DNA of 64,000 nt, from NCBI GenBank assembly GCA_030593295.1, contig JAUVHO010000003.1, forward strand, positions 22,164 through 86,163, written 5' to 3'. Position 1 is the stretch's first letter, and the number at the start of each line of letters is the position of its first letter. The notes under the pieces were generated by a model that saw only the letters and a list, made by a program, of their open reading frames with translations, ran no database searches and was not told the DNA's origin. The stretch is from Methanomassiliicoccales archaeon (GTDB lineage Archaea > Thermoplasmatota > Thermoplasmata > RBG-16-68-12 > SOIM01). Below, piece after piece: positions 27,067-36,141 of this stretch. Made by a program: the position numbers and the translations under genes.

Positions 27067-27753
27067 CTAGCTAAGGAAACGCTTTCTCCACAGGAATCTC
27101 CAGTTGAGCCAGGCATCCCCCCAAGAACGTATCTTCGCTTCCCCCTTCCTCGGGTAGTAATTGATGGGCACCTCTTTGAACTTGTAGCCCTTGATTATCG
27201 CTTCCAACTTTATCTCCTCCGACAAAGGCATTCCATCGTGAGTGAGATCCAGACCCGGCAGAATGCTCCTCTTGAAGAACCACATCCCAGATTGGCTGTC
27301 CTTCAGCTTCGTCCGGAACAGCACCCTCGCGGTGAAGCTGAGCATCCAGTTGCCGAACCGGTGCAGTCTTCTCATCGAGTCCTTCTCGAGAAGCGTTAGC
27401 CGATCGCCAGTGATGAAATCAAGGTTCTCATCCTCCAGCATCTGAAGGAACATGGGTATGTCCTCGGACGGATATGTGCAGTCGGCGTCCAGTGTGGTTA
27501 TGTACTCACCCAGGGCCTTCTCGAAACCGGTCTTGTAAGCCCTTCCGTACCCTCTTCTGGGCTCGTCCACGACCCTTGCTCCCTTCTCCCTGGCTATCTC
27601 AACAGTTCGGTCCTTGGAATTTGTATCAACTATCAGGATCTCGTAAGTAACAGAAGCCCTGCTCATGGCCTTGTGAACGTCATCCAGAACTTGCCCGATC
27701 GCCTCCTCTTCGTTCATCGTCGGGATGATGACCGAGACCTTGGGAGGGTCCAT
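27067..27753 (-). CDS. GT2 dolichyl-phosphate hexose synthase-like glycosyltransferase (DPM1/GtrB-like)
   Basis: 'VSVIIPTMNEEEAIGQVLDDV', 'ILIVDTNSKDRT', 'GYGRAYKTGF', 'TTLDADCTYP', 'DSQSGMWFFKR'. Confidence 0.83.
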   Translation of the reverse strand: MDPPKVSVIIPTMNEEEAIGQVLDDVHKAMSRASVTYEILIVDTNSKDRTVEIAREKGARVVDEPRRGYGRAYKTGFEKALGEYITTLDADCTYPSEDIPMFLQMLEDENLDFITGDRLTLLEKDSMRRLHRFGNWMLSFTARVLFRTKLKDSQSGMWFFKRSILPGLDLTHDGMPLSEEIKLEAIIKGYKFKEVPINYYPRKGEAKIRSWGDAWLNWRFLWRKRFLS

Positions 27754-27791
27754 GCTCCAGCCAATTCAAGTCGGGCTAAATAATGTTTCGC

Positions 27792-28601
27792 TCAGTTCTC
27801 TGACCTGTCCCATCCGAAGAACTTGTATCCAACGTAGCCCAGAAGCGCCATTGCGAGCCTTGAGAGCGACCAGATTGTCGTTTCCTGCCTGAACATCTCC
27901 CCCGGGCGGTAGTTCTGCCAAAGCCTTCCATGCTTCATGGTGAGCTGCTTCCTGCCAGCACCGTTCCAGAACGCCTGCTTGAAGAAGTTGTAGAACGAAC
28001 CTCTTGTCCTGTGGTAGACGACCGCGTCGTCACGGTAGACGATCCTGGCACCGTTCTCGACCGCTCTTAGATTGAGGTCTATGTCCTCCGCGGTGATGAA
28101 CCACTCATCGAAACCGCCAACGGACTGGAACAGGGCCTTGTCGTAAGCCAGGTTGGACGTTGGGAAGGTGATGTCGAAACCCTTGTAGATGAGCTCCACC
28201 CTTTCCAGGTCCTCGAAGGCGTGATATCCGATTTGGATGGTCTTCCCGGCGACAACCTTGGAGATGCTCAGCTCCTCCCTCAGGTTCTTCAGCCAGAAGG
28301 TGTTCGCGATGCAGTCCCCGTCGATGAATGCAACGGCTTCGCCGATTGACTTCTCCACACCGAAGTTCCTACCCGCTCCTATCGTTCCGCCCTTGAGATG
28401 GTACTTCACGTAATCATAATGCTCTTGGTACTCCCTGACTACCTCTCTGGTCCTGTCCGTGCTGTACGCGTCCACGATGATTATCTCGAACGGTCCTTCT
28501 TGTGTAACAAGGCTGTCAAGCAGGTCGCTGATGTTCCTTTCTTCGTTCCTTACGGTGATTACCACGCTTATGAACACGGGAATCGCAAAGTGGTCTTTCA
28601 T
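27792..28601 (-). CDS. Glycosyltransferase family 2
   Basis: 'ISVVITVRNEERNISDLLDSL', 'IIIVDAYSTDRT', 'AFIDGDCI'. The ATG at 28601 is preferred; the track start at 28754 adds 51 atypical residues. Confidence 0.8.
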   Translation of the reverse strand: MKDHFAIPVFISVVITVRNEERNISDLLDSLVTQEGPFEIIIVDAYSTDRTREVVREYQEHYDYVKYHLKGGTIGAGRNFGVEKSIGEAVAFIDGDCIANTFWLKNLREELSISKVVAGKTIQIGYHAFEDLERVELIYKGFDITFPTSNLAYDKALFQSVGGFDEWFITAEDIDLNLRAVENGARIVYRDDAVVYHRTRGSFYNFFKQAFWNGAGRKQLTMKHGRLWQNYRPGEMFRQETTIWSLSRLAMALLGYVGYKFFGWDRSEN

Positions 28602-28670
28602 ATTAATATTTCTCAAGAGAGAATCAAATTGGACTTCAATAGCAGATATGACCCAACAAATCCTTAAACG

Positions 28671-29810
28671 ATGACAAGGTATTCCGAGAAGCGAACCCAC
28701 ATGAGAAGCCTGATGATAGTCTCGAACGATGTAACGCGCGACGCGAGGGTCCAAAGGGAAGGGCGGTCACTGGTGAGGGCCGGACACGAGGTCGAGGTCA
28801 TCGGCTGGGACAGGCAGGGGACCGAGTCCAAGCGCGACACCATCGGAGGCGTCAAGGTCACCAGGATGAGGAACACGCGGCTGATGCGCGTCGCTCCGAG
28901 CGATTTGTTCAGGAATCCGCTGTGGTGGAGGATGGCTTACAGAGAAGGAGTCAAGCACGAGTTCGACATCGTGCACTGCCATGATCTGGATACCTTGCAG
29001 TCCGGTGTGAAGCTGAAGAAAAGGAAAGGGACACCTCTGATATTCGACGCGCACGAGATATTCACCTACATGATAGAGGAGGACGTGTCCAAGATAGTCC
29101 GTAACTACGCGGAGAGGATGGAGAAATCGCTTCTCCGAGATGTGGACCACATGATCACCGTCAACGGTGCCTTGCAGGACTATTATCGGGAGAGGTTCGA
29201 CGGAGATGTGAGCGTGGTCATGAACTGTCCGGAGGAGATACTCGCCGAATACGAGCCCCCGACGTGCGAGATGTTCACCCTCCTCTACATAGGGACGCTT
29301 CACAAGAGTCGGTTCGTGAGTGAGCTGGTCGATGTTGTTGGTTCCATGGACGATGTCCAGCTGAAGATCGGAGGGGAAGCGGAGCTCTATGACGAGGTCG
29401 AGAGGAAGAGCCAGCAGTACGATAACGTGTCTTTCCTAGGGACAGTTCCATACAAGGCCGTCATGCCACTTACGAAGGAGAGCCATGCCGTATTCTGCAT
29501 GTTCGACCCGGAGAACAGGATTAACCAGGTGGGGACGCCCAACAAGGTGTTCGAAGCGATGGCCATGGGAAAGCCTTCGATTGTTTCTAAGGGTATTCTG
29601 AGCGGGGATATCGTGGAAAAGGAGGAATGCGGTCTGGCCGTGGAGTATGACGAGGAATCCTTGAGAGATGCCATTGAGAAGCTGAGAGATGACACTTCCC
29701 TCTTTGAGCGGTTGGGGAGGAACGGACTTGAGGCGGCGAAAAGAGAGTACAACTGGGCTCATCAAGAGAAGAGCCTTCTGAACGCCGTAGGCAGATTCGA
29801 AAGCCCATAG
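28671..29810 (+). CDS. Glycosyltransferase family 4 (GT-B)
   Basis: 'MRSLMIVSNDVTRDARVQREGRSL', 'NKVFEAMAMGKPSIVSKG'. The start may be the ATG at 28701. Confidence 0.83.
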   Translation: MTRYSEKRTHMRSLMIVSNDVTRDARVQREGRSLVRAGHEVEVIGWDRQGTESKRDTIGGVKVTRMRNTRLMRVAPSDLFRNPLWWRMAYREGVKHEFDIVHCHDLDTLQSGVKLKKRKGTPLIFDAHEIFTYMIEEDVSKIVRNYAERMEKSLLRDVDHMITVNGALQDYYRERFDGDVSVVMNCPEEILAEYEPPTCEMFTLLYIGTLHKSRFVSELVDVVGSMDDVQLKIGGEAELYDEVERKSQQYDNVSFLGTVPYKAVMPLTKESHAVFCMFDPENRINQVGTPNKVFEAMAMGKPSIVSKGILSGDIVEKEECGLAVEYDEESLRDAIEKLRDDTSLFERLGRNGLEAAKREYNWAHQEKSLLNAVGRFESP

Positions 29811-29819
29811 GCAAGGTCC

Positions 29820-30962
29820 CTAGGAAACACCCTCGCTGAACAAGTTGGTGATGTACCAGTTCTCTGGCTTCAGGACATACTCGGCAGGAATCCCGTACGA
29901 TTTTACCAACACGTCCATACTGGCCCGAGGAAGTTCCAAGAAACCGGATTCAGAAAACACCTTTTCATTCAATCTTGATGTGTCATTCCTGGATATTCTT
30001 GTGGTGAGAATGTGTATCTTCTCGTTCTTCATCGATCGGACCACGCCTTCCATCAGAAGGCTCAACTCTCTCTCATGATCCTTCAGGCCCAGCAGGTCAG
30101 TGATTCTCCCCTCAATGGTCTTGTCGTTGTCCACAACAGTGAACGCCGCAAGACCGACCAGGTCCCCGTTCCTCTCAACACCGAACATCCTGTGAGGTAG
30201 TACGACATTCCCCGTCGTTCTCCACCTCATATGATCCGGTGATCGTTCGATCGTGACGCAGTCGTTCTCATCGCTGAATCTCTCCCAAAGCCCCTTCAAC
30301 GCGCTAAGGTCGTCTCGGATCTCGACAATTCGGACTTCAGGCTCAGAAGGCCTATCTGGCACGGCAATCCTGCTGAGTTTGTCCGAGGGCGTCGACCAGA
30401 TAGTCGGAGACCCCCTCAACGCTGAGATTCCAGGTAACCTCCTAATCAATGCTGAGGTCGTCTTCACGATACTGATTGGAAGAATGAGACTCGACATGAG
30501 AGAAACCATATGGTCATACCCCGCCTTCACCTGACCCTTTAGTGCATCCTTGTTCGGAAATCCCCATATAAGGTCAACACCGCTCTCGTGCGCTCGGTCG
30601 AACGTCTCGTTGATAAGGACACTGAAGAGGTTCCTTCTCTCTTTCTCTGGAAGAAAGGCAGCTCCCGCCTTGCCTCGGTATGACGGATGGATTGCCGATC
30701 CTTCTGCCTTGGCCCCAAGCACGTTCCCGCCTCCACATTTCATCCTCATTGGAAGGACGGAGTAATGGCCCATTATCTTGCCATCGTGCTCCGCAACCGT
30801 TATGACCGAATCCTCACAGCATTGCCGGTATTCCCACTCCCAGTTCCTCAAGGCGTTCTCGCCAGAAAGATGCTTCCAATCCTCTCCCATCAGTTCTATG
30901 ATCCCGAGCTCGTCACCCTTTTCATATGCCCTGACGATAATCTTGTCCTGCATGCGCTTCAT
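29820..30962 (-). CDS. GNAT-family N-acetyltransferase-like protein (two-domain)
   Basis: 'IIVRAYEKGDELGIIELM...ITVAEHDGKIMGHYSVLPM...HPSYRGKGAG' resembles a GNAT acetyl-CoA fold. The call rests on a weak motif only. Confidence 0.5.
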   Translation of the reverse strand: MKRMQDKIIVRAYEKGDELGIIELMGEDWKHLSGENALRNWEWEYRQCCEDSVITVAEHDGKIMGHYSVLPMRMKCGGGNVLGAKAEGSAIHPSYRGKAGAAFLPEKERRNLFSVLINETFDRAHESGVDLIWGFPNKDALKGQVKAGYDHMVSLMSSLILPISIVKTTSALIRRLPGISALRGSPTIWSTPSDKLSRIAVPDRPSEPEVRIVEIRDDLSALKGLWERFSDENDCVTIERSPDHMRWRTTGNVVLPHRMFGVERNGDLVGLAAFTVVDNDKTIEGRITDLLGLKDHERELSLLMEGVVRSMKNEKIHILTTRISRNDTSRLNEKVFSESGFLELPRASMDVLVKSYGIPAEYVLKPENWYITNLFSEGVS

Positions 30963-31125
30963 CCGACCTCTCAGATCCGTTCAAGATTGTGATTGCCTTT
31001 GAAGTTATATGTTTATCGACAGCCTGACCCATGCCAATGATTTCACCCTCCGAGGAAGAAGATAGAAAGACTTAAATCGAACCTGATTGTAGCTCATCCG
31101 ACCCTCTGGTTATCGGTGTGGCCAT

Positions 31126-32412
31126 ATGGTTTCAACGAGTTACATGAGAGATGTCTACGATAATATCGTGGGATCTCCCAAAGAGCAATCTGACGCAGTG
31201 AACTGGCAGAAGTATGAGAACCGAAGTGAGGAGTTCGGGTCACACCTCAGTGGAAGGACGCTTTCACACACTCCCAAGACACCGGTCATGAGCGAGTTGC
31301 TGAGGGAGATCGAGAACGAATCATGGCGGGATTGCGAGAAGAAAGGCCTTCCTTGGATCCAGAAATGGTATTATCCCGGCGAAAAGGAGTTCGCGGTGTT
31401 CTTGTCTCACGATGTTGACGAGATCGAATGGAGTTGGAGAAGGAAGCTCCTGATGGGGGTCAGGCATCCCTCTACATTGACGAATGGGAAGAACCACTAC
31501 TGGGGATTCGACGAGATCATGGAATTGGAGAGAAAGCACGGAGTTAGATCCACCTTCTTCTTCGTCTCCAAGAGCAGGCACAAGCGGGACCCTCCATATT
31601 CGATCCGTGATGTCGCCGACGTCATCAGAAAACTCAGAGAAGGGGGATGGGAAGTTGGGCTGCATGGTTCGTACAATTCGTTTAACAACCGTGAATTCCT
31701 CCAAGAAGAGAAGGAGGCCCTCCAGTACGTGGTTGGCGAAGAGATAAGCGGGGTGAGGCAACACTTCGTGAACTTCGACCCTGCCGTCACCTTCGGACTT
31801 CATGAATCCATCGGCTTCGCATATGACAGCACAATAGGATATCGAGAGGTCTCCGGCTTTGCTTCTGGTATCTGTCATCCTTACCGTTTCGAGGGAAGCT
31901 CATTCTATGAACTGCCTGTGATGGTGATAGATGGACAACTATTCTGGCACGAGAAGAAGAGTACTAGGGGTGCAATTGAAGAGGTCGAGAGGTTCTTGAA
32001 TACAACAAAGAAGTACAATGGCATCCTGACCATGGACTGGCACCAGAGGACGGTGGACGGATACACCTTTCCCGGATGGGCCGAGGCCTATGTCGAGTCC
32101 CTTGAGAGGATCAACTCGATGAACGTCTTTGTCGCCACCGGAGAGGAATTGCTGGATTGGTGGGAGAGGAGGGAATCTGTCGTCTTCGAAGGTCGAAACG
32201 TAACTGACGAATCAGTGGAATGGAACCTCCTGGCCGAAAGGAAGATTGACGATTTCACTTTGAGAGTTCGCATTCCCGAAGGGTCAAGATACAAGAAACC
32301 CGATGTCCAAAGCAAGGTCAAATTCCAGATCGCAGAAAGAGATAACGAAATCTGGATAAGGTTCAGTGCAATCCCCAAAGGAGAGAAGATCGGAGTTACG
32401 ATGGCGAGGTAG
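31126..32412 (+). CDS. Polysaccharide deacetylase-like (CE4-like) protein
   Basis: 'VFLSHDVDEIEWSW', 'VRSTFFFVSK', 'GWEVGLHGSYNSF', 'GVRQHFVNF'. Distantly similar to the central part of 54761..56503. Confidence 0.55.
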   Translation: MVSTSYMRDVYDNIVGSPKEQSDAVNWQKYENRSEEFGSHLSGRTLSHTPKTPVMSELLREIENESWRDCEKKGLPWIQKWYYPGEKEFAVFLSHDVDEIEWSWRRKLLMGVRHPSTLTNGKNHYWGFDEIMELERKHGVRSTFFFVSKSRHKRDPPYSIRDVADVIRKLREGGWEVGLHGSYNSFNNREFLQEEKEALQYVVGEEISGVRQHFVNFDPAVTFGLHESIGFAYDSTIGYREVSGFASGICHPYRFEGSSFYELPVMVIDGQLFWHEKKSTRGAIEEVERFLNTTKKYNGILTMDWHQRTVDGYTFPGWAEAYVESLERINSMNVFVATGEELLDWWERRESVVFEGRNVTDESVEWNLLAERKIDDFTLRVRIPEGSRYKKPDVQSKVKFQIAERDNEIWIRFSAIPKGEKIGVTMAR

Positions 32413-32431
32413 CACGCTCAGGGAGCCTATC

Positions 32432-34336
32432 ATGTGCGGAATCTGCGGGATCTATAGCCCCAAGATACAGGTCGATGAAGGGATCATCCAGATCATGAAA
32501 GACAGCTTGATCCATCGGGGGCCTGATGATGAGGGGAGTTACTTCGACGGCGATCTGGGTCTGGGGTTCAGGCGTCTCAGCATCCTTGACCTGGAGACCG
32601 GAAACCAGCCTATGGCCAATGAGGACGAAACTGTCTGGGTCGTGTACAACGGGGAGCTCTACAACTACCTCGAGCTGAAGGAGACCCTGGAGAAAAGAGG
32701 ACACAAGTTCTCGACCACCAGCGATACCGAGACATTACTGCACGCATACGAGGAATGGGGTATGGACTTCTTGAACCGTCTCAACGGCATGTTCGCATTT
32801 GCCATCTGGGACAAGGCGAAGAGAAGGCTCATCCTGGCCCGTGATAGGGTCGGTGTGAAACCCCTCTACTACTTCTACGATGGCGAGAAGCTCGCATTTG
32901 CTTCCGAGATGAAATCGCTGATTCTCTGTCCTGGAGTCCCAAGGTCCGTCAACAGGATGGCCCTGTTGGACTATCTGACGTATCAGAGCGTGTTCGGTCA
33001 GAAGACCTTCTTCGATGGCATCCAGAAGCTCCTCCCCGGACATTTCCTTGTCTATGATGGTGAGAAGGTTGATGTCCAGCAGTACTGGGACCTGGTCTTT
33101 GATGAATCTGGTGTGGGTGACGAGGACCATTACGCACAAAGCTATCGTACGCTTCTGAACCAGTCCGTCGAAATGCAGCTCATGAGCGATGTCCCGGTGG
33201 GCTTCCATTTGAGCGGAGGACTCGATTCCAGCTCTGTCGTTCTGGCCGCCTCTGAGCACATGAAGGACTTCAAGACCTTCTCGGGGAGGTTCCCTGAAAG
33301 GGGTTTTGATGAATCCCGGTATGCCCATGAAGTGGCCTCCATGGTCGGCGCTGAGGAATATGAGATGACCCTTCAGGCCGAAGACCTTTCACGGATGATC
33401 CAGGAGATCCTGTGGTTCGTCGACTCACCTCGCGGTGGTCCAGGTGTGATACCGCAGTATCATGTCGCCATGCTTGCGAGCCAACATGTCAAGGTCGTTC
33501 TCACCGGACACGGTGGCGACGAGCTGTTCGCTGGATATCCCGTCTACCTCGTGCCTCACATAATGGAATCCATGTTGAGGAGACCGACCCAACCGGGCGT
33601 CTCAAGAGGGAGAGAGATTGTGAATGCGATGGAGGATATCATTCCTCGAGGAAGAGTCGAAGGTTTCAGGAGGATATTGGGCCTTCCGGCCTATTCGATC
33701 ATCCAGAAGTCGTTGCGGAAATACGCAAGGGCGACCATGTTCGGAAAAGATGAGCTCTCCAGACTGCTACTTCCTGACGTAACTCATCAATGTGGTGGCT
33801 ACCAACCAGAGCACATATTGGACGCTTACCTGGAACGCACGAACGCGAAGTCGGCCCTGAACAAGCTGATCTACCTGGATGTGAAGACATATCTCCCCAC
33901 CTTGCTGGCGAACGAGGACAAGACCAGCATGGCTTACTCATTGGAGGCCAGGGTCCCGGTTCTGGACGATGTCATGGTGGAACTGTCAGGGAGGATACCG
34001 GCTCATCACAAGATAAGCGGTCTCACGCTCAAGAACATACCCCGAAAGGCGGCGAAGGGCGTTCTGCCGATCGATGTGATCAGTCACAAGAAACTCGGAT
34101 TCCCGGTCCCGATAGCCACATGGTTCAGAACTGAGCTGAAGAGCTATCTGTACGATACTCTGCTATCTCCTGACGCAAGAAGGAGGGGGTTCTTCAACAT
34201 GGAATCCGTGGAGAAGGTTCTGGACAAACACATGAGGGGCGTCAGGAACCACAGTGATAGACTCTGGTGTTTGCTGAACTTCGAGCTGTGGAACAGACTG
34301 TACATCGATCCTGAGAAGCCGACAAGACCAACCTGA
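32432..34336 (+). CDS. asnB: Asparagine synthase (glutamine-hydrolysing)-family amidotransferase
   Basis: N-terminal nucleophile 'MCGICGIY', 'RGPDDEG', 'RRLSILDLETGNQPM', 'NGELYNY', PP-loop 'HLSGGLDSSSV', 'LTGHGGDELFAGY'. ATG at 32432. Confidence 0.92.
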   Translation: MCGICGIYSPKIQVDEGIIQIMKDSLIHRGPDDEGSYFDGDLGLGFRRLSILDLETGNQPMANEDETVWVVYNGELYNYLELKETLEKRGHKFSTTSDTETLLHAYEEWGMDFLNRLNGMFAFAIWDKAKRRLILARDRVGVKPLYYFYDGEKLAFASEMKSLILCPGVPRSVNRMALLDYLTYQSVFGQKTFFDGIQKLLPGHFLVYDGEKVDVQQYWDLVFDESGVGDEDHYAQSYRTLLNQSVEMQLMSDVPVGFHLSGGLDSSSVVLAASEHMKDFKTFSGRFPERGFDESRYAHEVASMVGAEEYEMTLQAEDLSRMIQEILWFVDSPRGGPGVIPQYHVAMLASQHVKVVLTGHGGDELFAGYPVYLVPHIMESMLRRPTQPGVSRGREIVNAMEDIIPRGRVEGFRRILGLPAYSIIQKSLRKYARATMFGKDELSRLLLPDVTHQCGGYQPEHILDAYLERTNAKSALNKLIYLDVKTYLPTLLANEDKTSMAYSLEARVPVLDDVMVELSGRIPAHHKISGLTLKNIPRKAAKGVLPIDVISHKKLGFPVPIATWFRTELKSYLYDTLLSPDARRRGFFNMESVEKVLDKHMRGVRNHSDRLWCLLNFELWNRLYIDPEKPTRPT

Positions 34337-34418
34337 TACCTCAAGTGAAGATGGCCACGTTCTGCGAATTCTATATATATCGCCAGGTCGATAGTCATCA
34401 TGGAGGAGGACTGCGTAA

Positions 34419-35381
34419 ATGGATAGCATTTGGGCACCCATTGTGTCAATTGCATTCTTGGTTGCATCGATTCCCACCCTAGGTGTTATGCCTGTAGAAT
34501 ATGGAGACTCGGCTGAATTCAACTCGATGACCATTGTCCCTGTTTCCGACGGAACGAGCGTCACGATCTATGAGAGAACGGGAGATTGGTTCATACTGAC
34601 ATACACTGTGGAGACCCTCTCAGGTGCGGGAGGGAAGTTCGACACCGTGGCACATGAGCATTACACCTTCACAACCGACCGAACATACCTGATCTCTGAC
34701 TGCTACAGGACTTATTCCAACGGAGGGGCACATAACATTGTTGCCGTAAGGCTCAACGGTGTGCCAGAATATCCGGGCGGCATCTGGGCCGGTGAGGTTG
34801 TCAGCTACATTCTGGGTCGGGATGGAATACCCGAGACCCGGTTCAATGCGCTGGGAGAGTACATGGAGAACCATACCAGGTTCGGCGATGAGAACAGCCA
34901 ATTGGTGTTCGCCTTCCTGGTCGAATCCGCCCCGACAGAGATCGATGCTGAAGTGGAATGCGGTCCGCAGACCTTGAACATGGGAAGCATTGGGAACTGG
35001 ATAACGTGCTACATCGAGCTTCCTGTGCCGTATGACCCAAGGGACATCGATGCCAACACCATACTCATGAATGGTGTCCTTTCTCCGGAACTTGATCCAA
35101 AATACGGGTTCGTGAGCTTAGAAGAATCTTACATCGTTGATCATGATGAGGATGGGATTGAAGAGAGACTGGTCAAGTTCGACCGCGACTCAGTGCAGGG
35201 AATAGGGGTAATATCCCGACAGTGGGAGATAACCTTGACCGGGAGTCTCGTTGACGGAACTGATTTTGTGGGCCACGAGGTGATTAGGACCATTTATCCG
35301 CAGGCTGAGCCTATGGGAGGTGCTGAGTGCACAGAACGGCCTTTGTACGGAAACTACAATCAGGCCCAATCGTACTACTGA
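34419..35381 (+). CDS. Secreted hypothetical protein, paralog of 12190..13335
   Basis: N-terminal hydrophobic segment. C-terminal module 'PQTLNMGSIGNWITCYIELPVPYDPRDIDANTI...VKFDRDS...ITLTGSLVDGTDFVGHEVIRTI'. Confidence 0.7.
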   Translation: MDSIWAPIVSIAFLVASIPTLGVMPVEYGDSAEFNSMTIVPVSDGTSVTIYERTGDWFILTYTVETLSGAGGKFDTVAHEHYTFTTDRTYLISDCYRTYSNGGAHNIVAVRLNGVPEYPGGIWAGEVVSYILGRDGIPETRFNALGEYMENHTRFGDENSQLVFAFLVESAPTEIDAEVECGPQTLNMGSIGNWITCYIELPVPYDPRDIDANTILMNGVLSPELDPKYGFVSLEESYIVDHDEDGIEERLVKFDRDSVQGIGVISRQWEITLTGSLVDGTDFVGHEVIRTIYPQAEPMGGAECTERPLYGNYNQAQSYY

Positions 35382-35440
35382 CGTCAATTCATTTGATACG
35401 AATTCGCAGTGAGAGTCGCGCTCGCTTGGTTGCTTGAATC

Positions 35441-36094
35441 TCACTCTTCTTGGTCGGGAGACGCTTCCTCCTGCACTTCCTCTTCTGGCGTATCAGATTC
35501 CGGCTCCTCTTCTACCGTAGGCTCTTCTTCCTTCTTCCTGCGTTTTGCCAGCACGGCGGCGATCAGGGCCACGATGATTATGATGATCAGAAGCAGAAGC
35601 CACCAGTAATCAAACAGATCGAAGATCTCCTCCTCGGCGAGCTCACCTGAGAGCGAAACGGTGTTCGTTTCCTCATTTCCCGCTCCGTCCTCGGCCCTTA
35701 CCGTGAAATAATAGGTCACGCCCCTCTCAAGGTCCAGGAATGGATACTGCTGCTGACTCGTGGTCGCAGTGGGCTGAGCGAAATCGAAACTTCCGGGCAC
35801 TTCACTGACGTATATGTTGTAGGTGATGGGCATTGACGGGTCGCTGTTGCACTCGGGTTCATTCGGATCAACGGCAACGTTCCACACGAGGGCAATGTCT
35901 CCGGTATCGTCATCCGCTATCACGTTGGTGACCCCGCCGAAGGTCGGGGGTGTCGAGTCAACAGGAGTCGTGGGCATGGCAATGTGTTCGATGACGTTGC
36001 TCTCCTCGTTCCCAGCCGCGTCCTCCGCTCTGACGACGAAGTAATAAGTCACGCCGTTCTGCAGACAATCGTCATCGCTCCTGTTCTGAAGCAA
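35441..36094 (-). pseudogene. 5'-truncated remnant of a third T-type surface protein gene (end of one FN3 repeat, one complete FN3 repeat, TM anchor, acidic tail)
   Basis: The ORF opens inside an FN3 unit ('LQNGVTYYFVVRAEDAAGNEESNVIEHIAMPTTPVDSTPPTFGG...') and has no signal peptide or propeller. Collinear with the last roughly 215 aa of 44526..48368. Confidence 0.7.
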
Positions 36095-36096
36095 TC

Positions 36097-36104
36097 ATTA
36101 AATA
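36097..36104 (+). promoter_or_regulatory. TATA-box-like element (ATTAAATA) upstream of 36142
   Basis: Lies 37 nt upstream of the GTG start and is followed by ATGGGGGG-N6-GTG. Confidence 0.35.
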
Positions 36105-36141
36105 GACTGGAACAGATATTCAGGAAGATGGGGGGTAAGTC

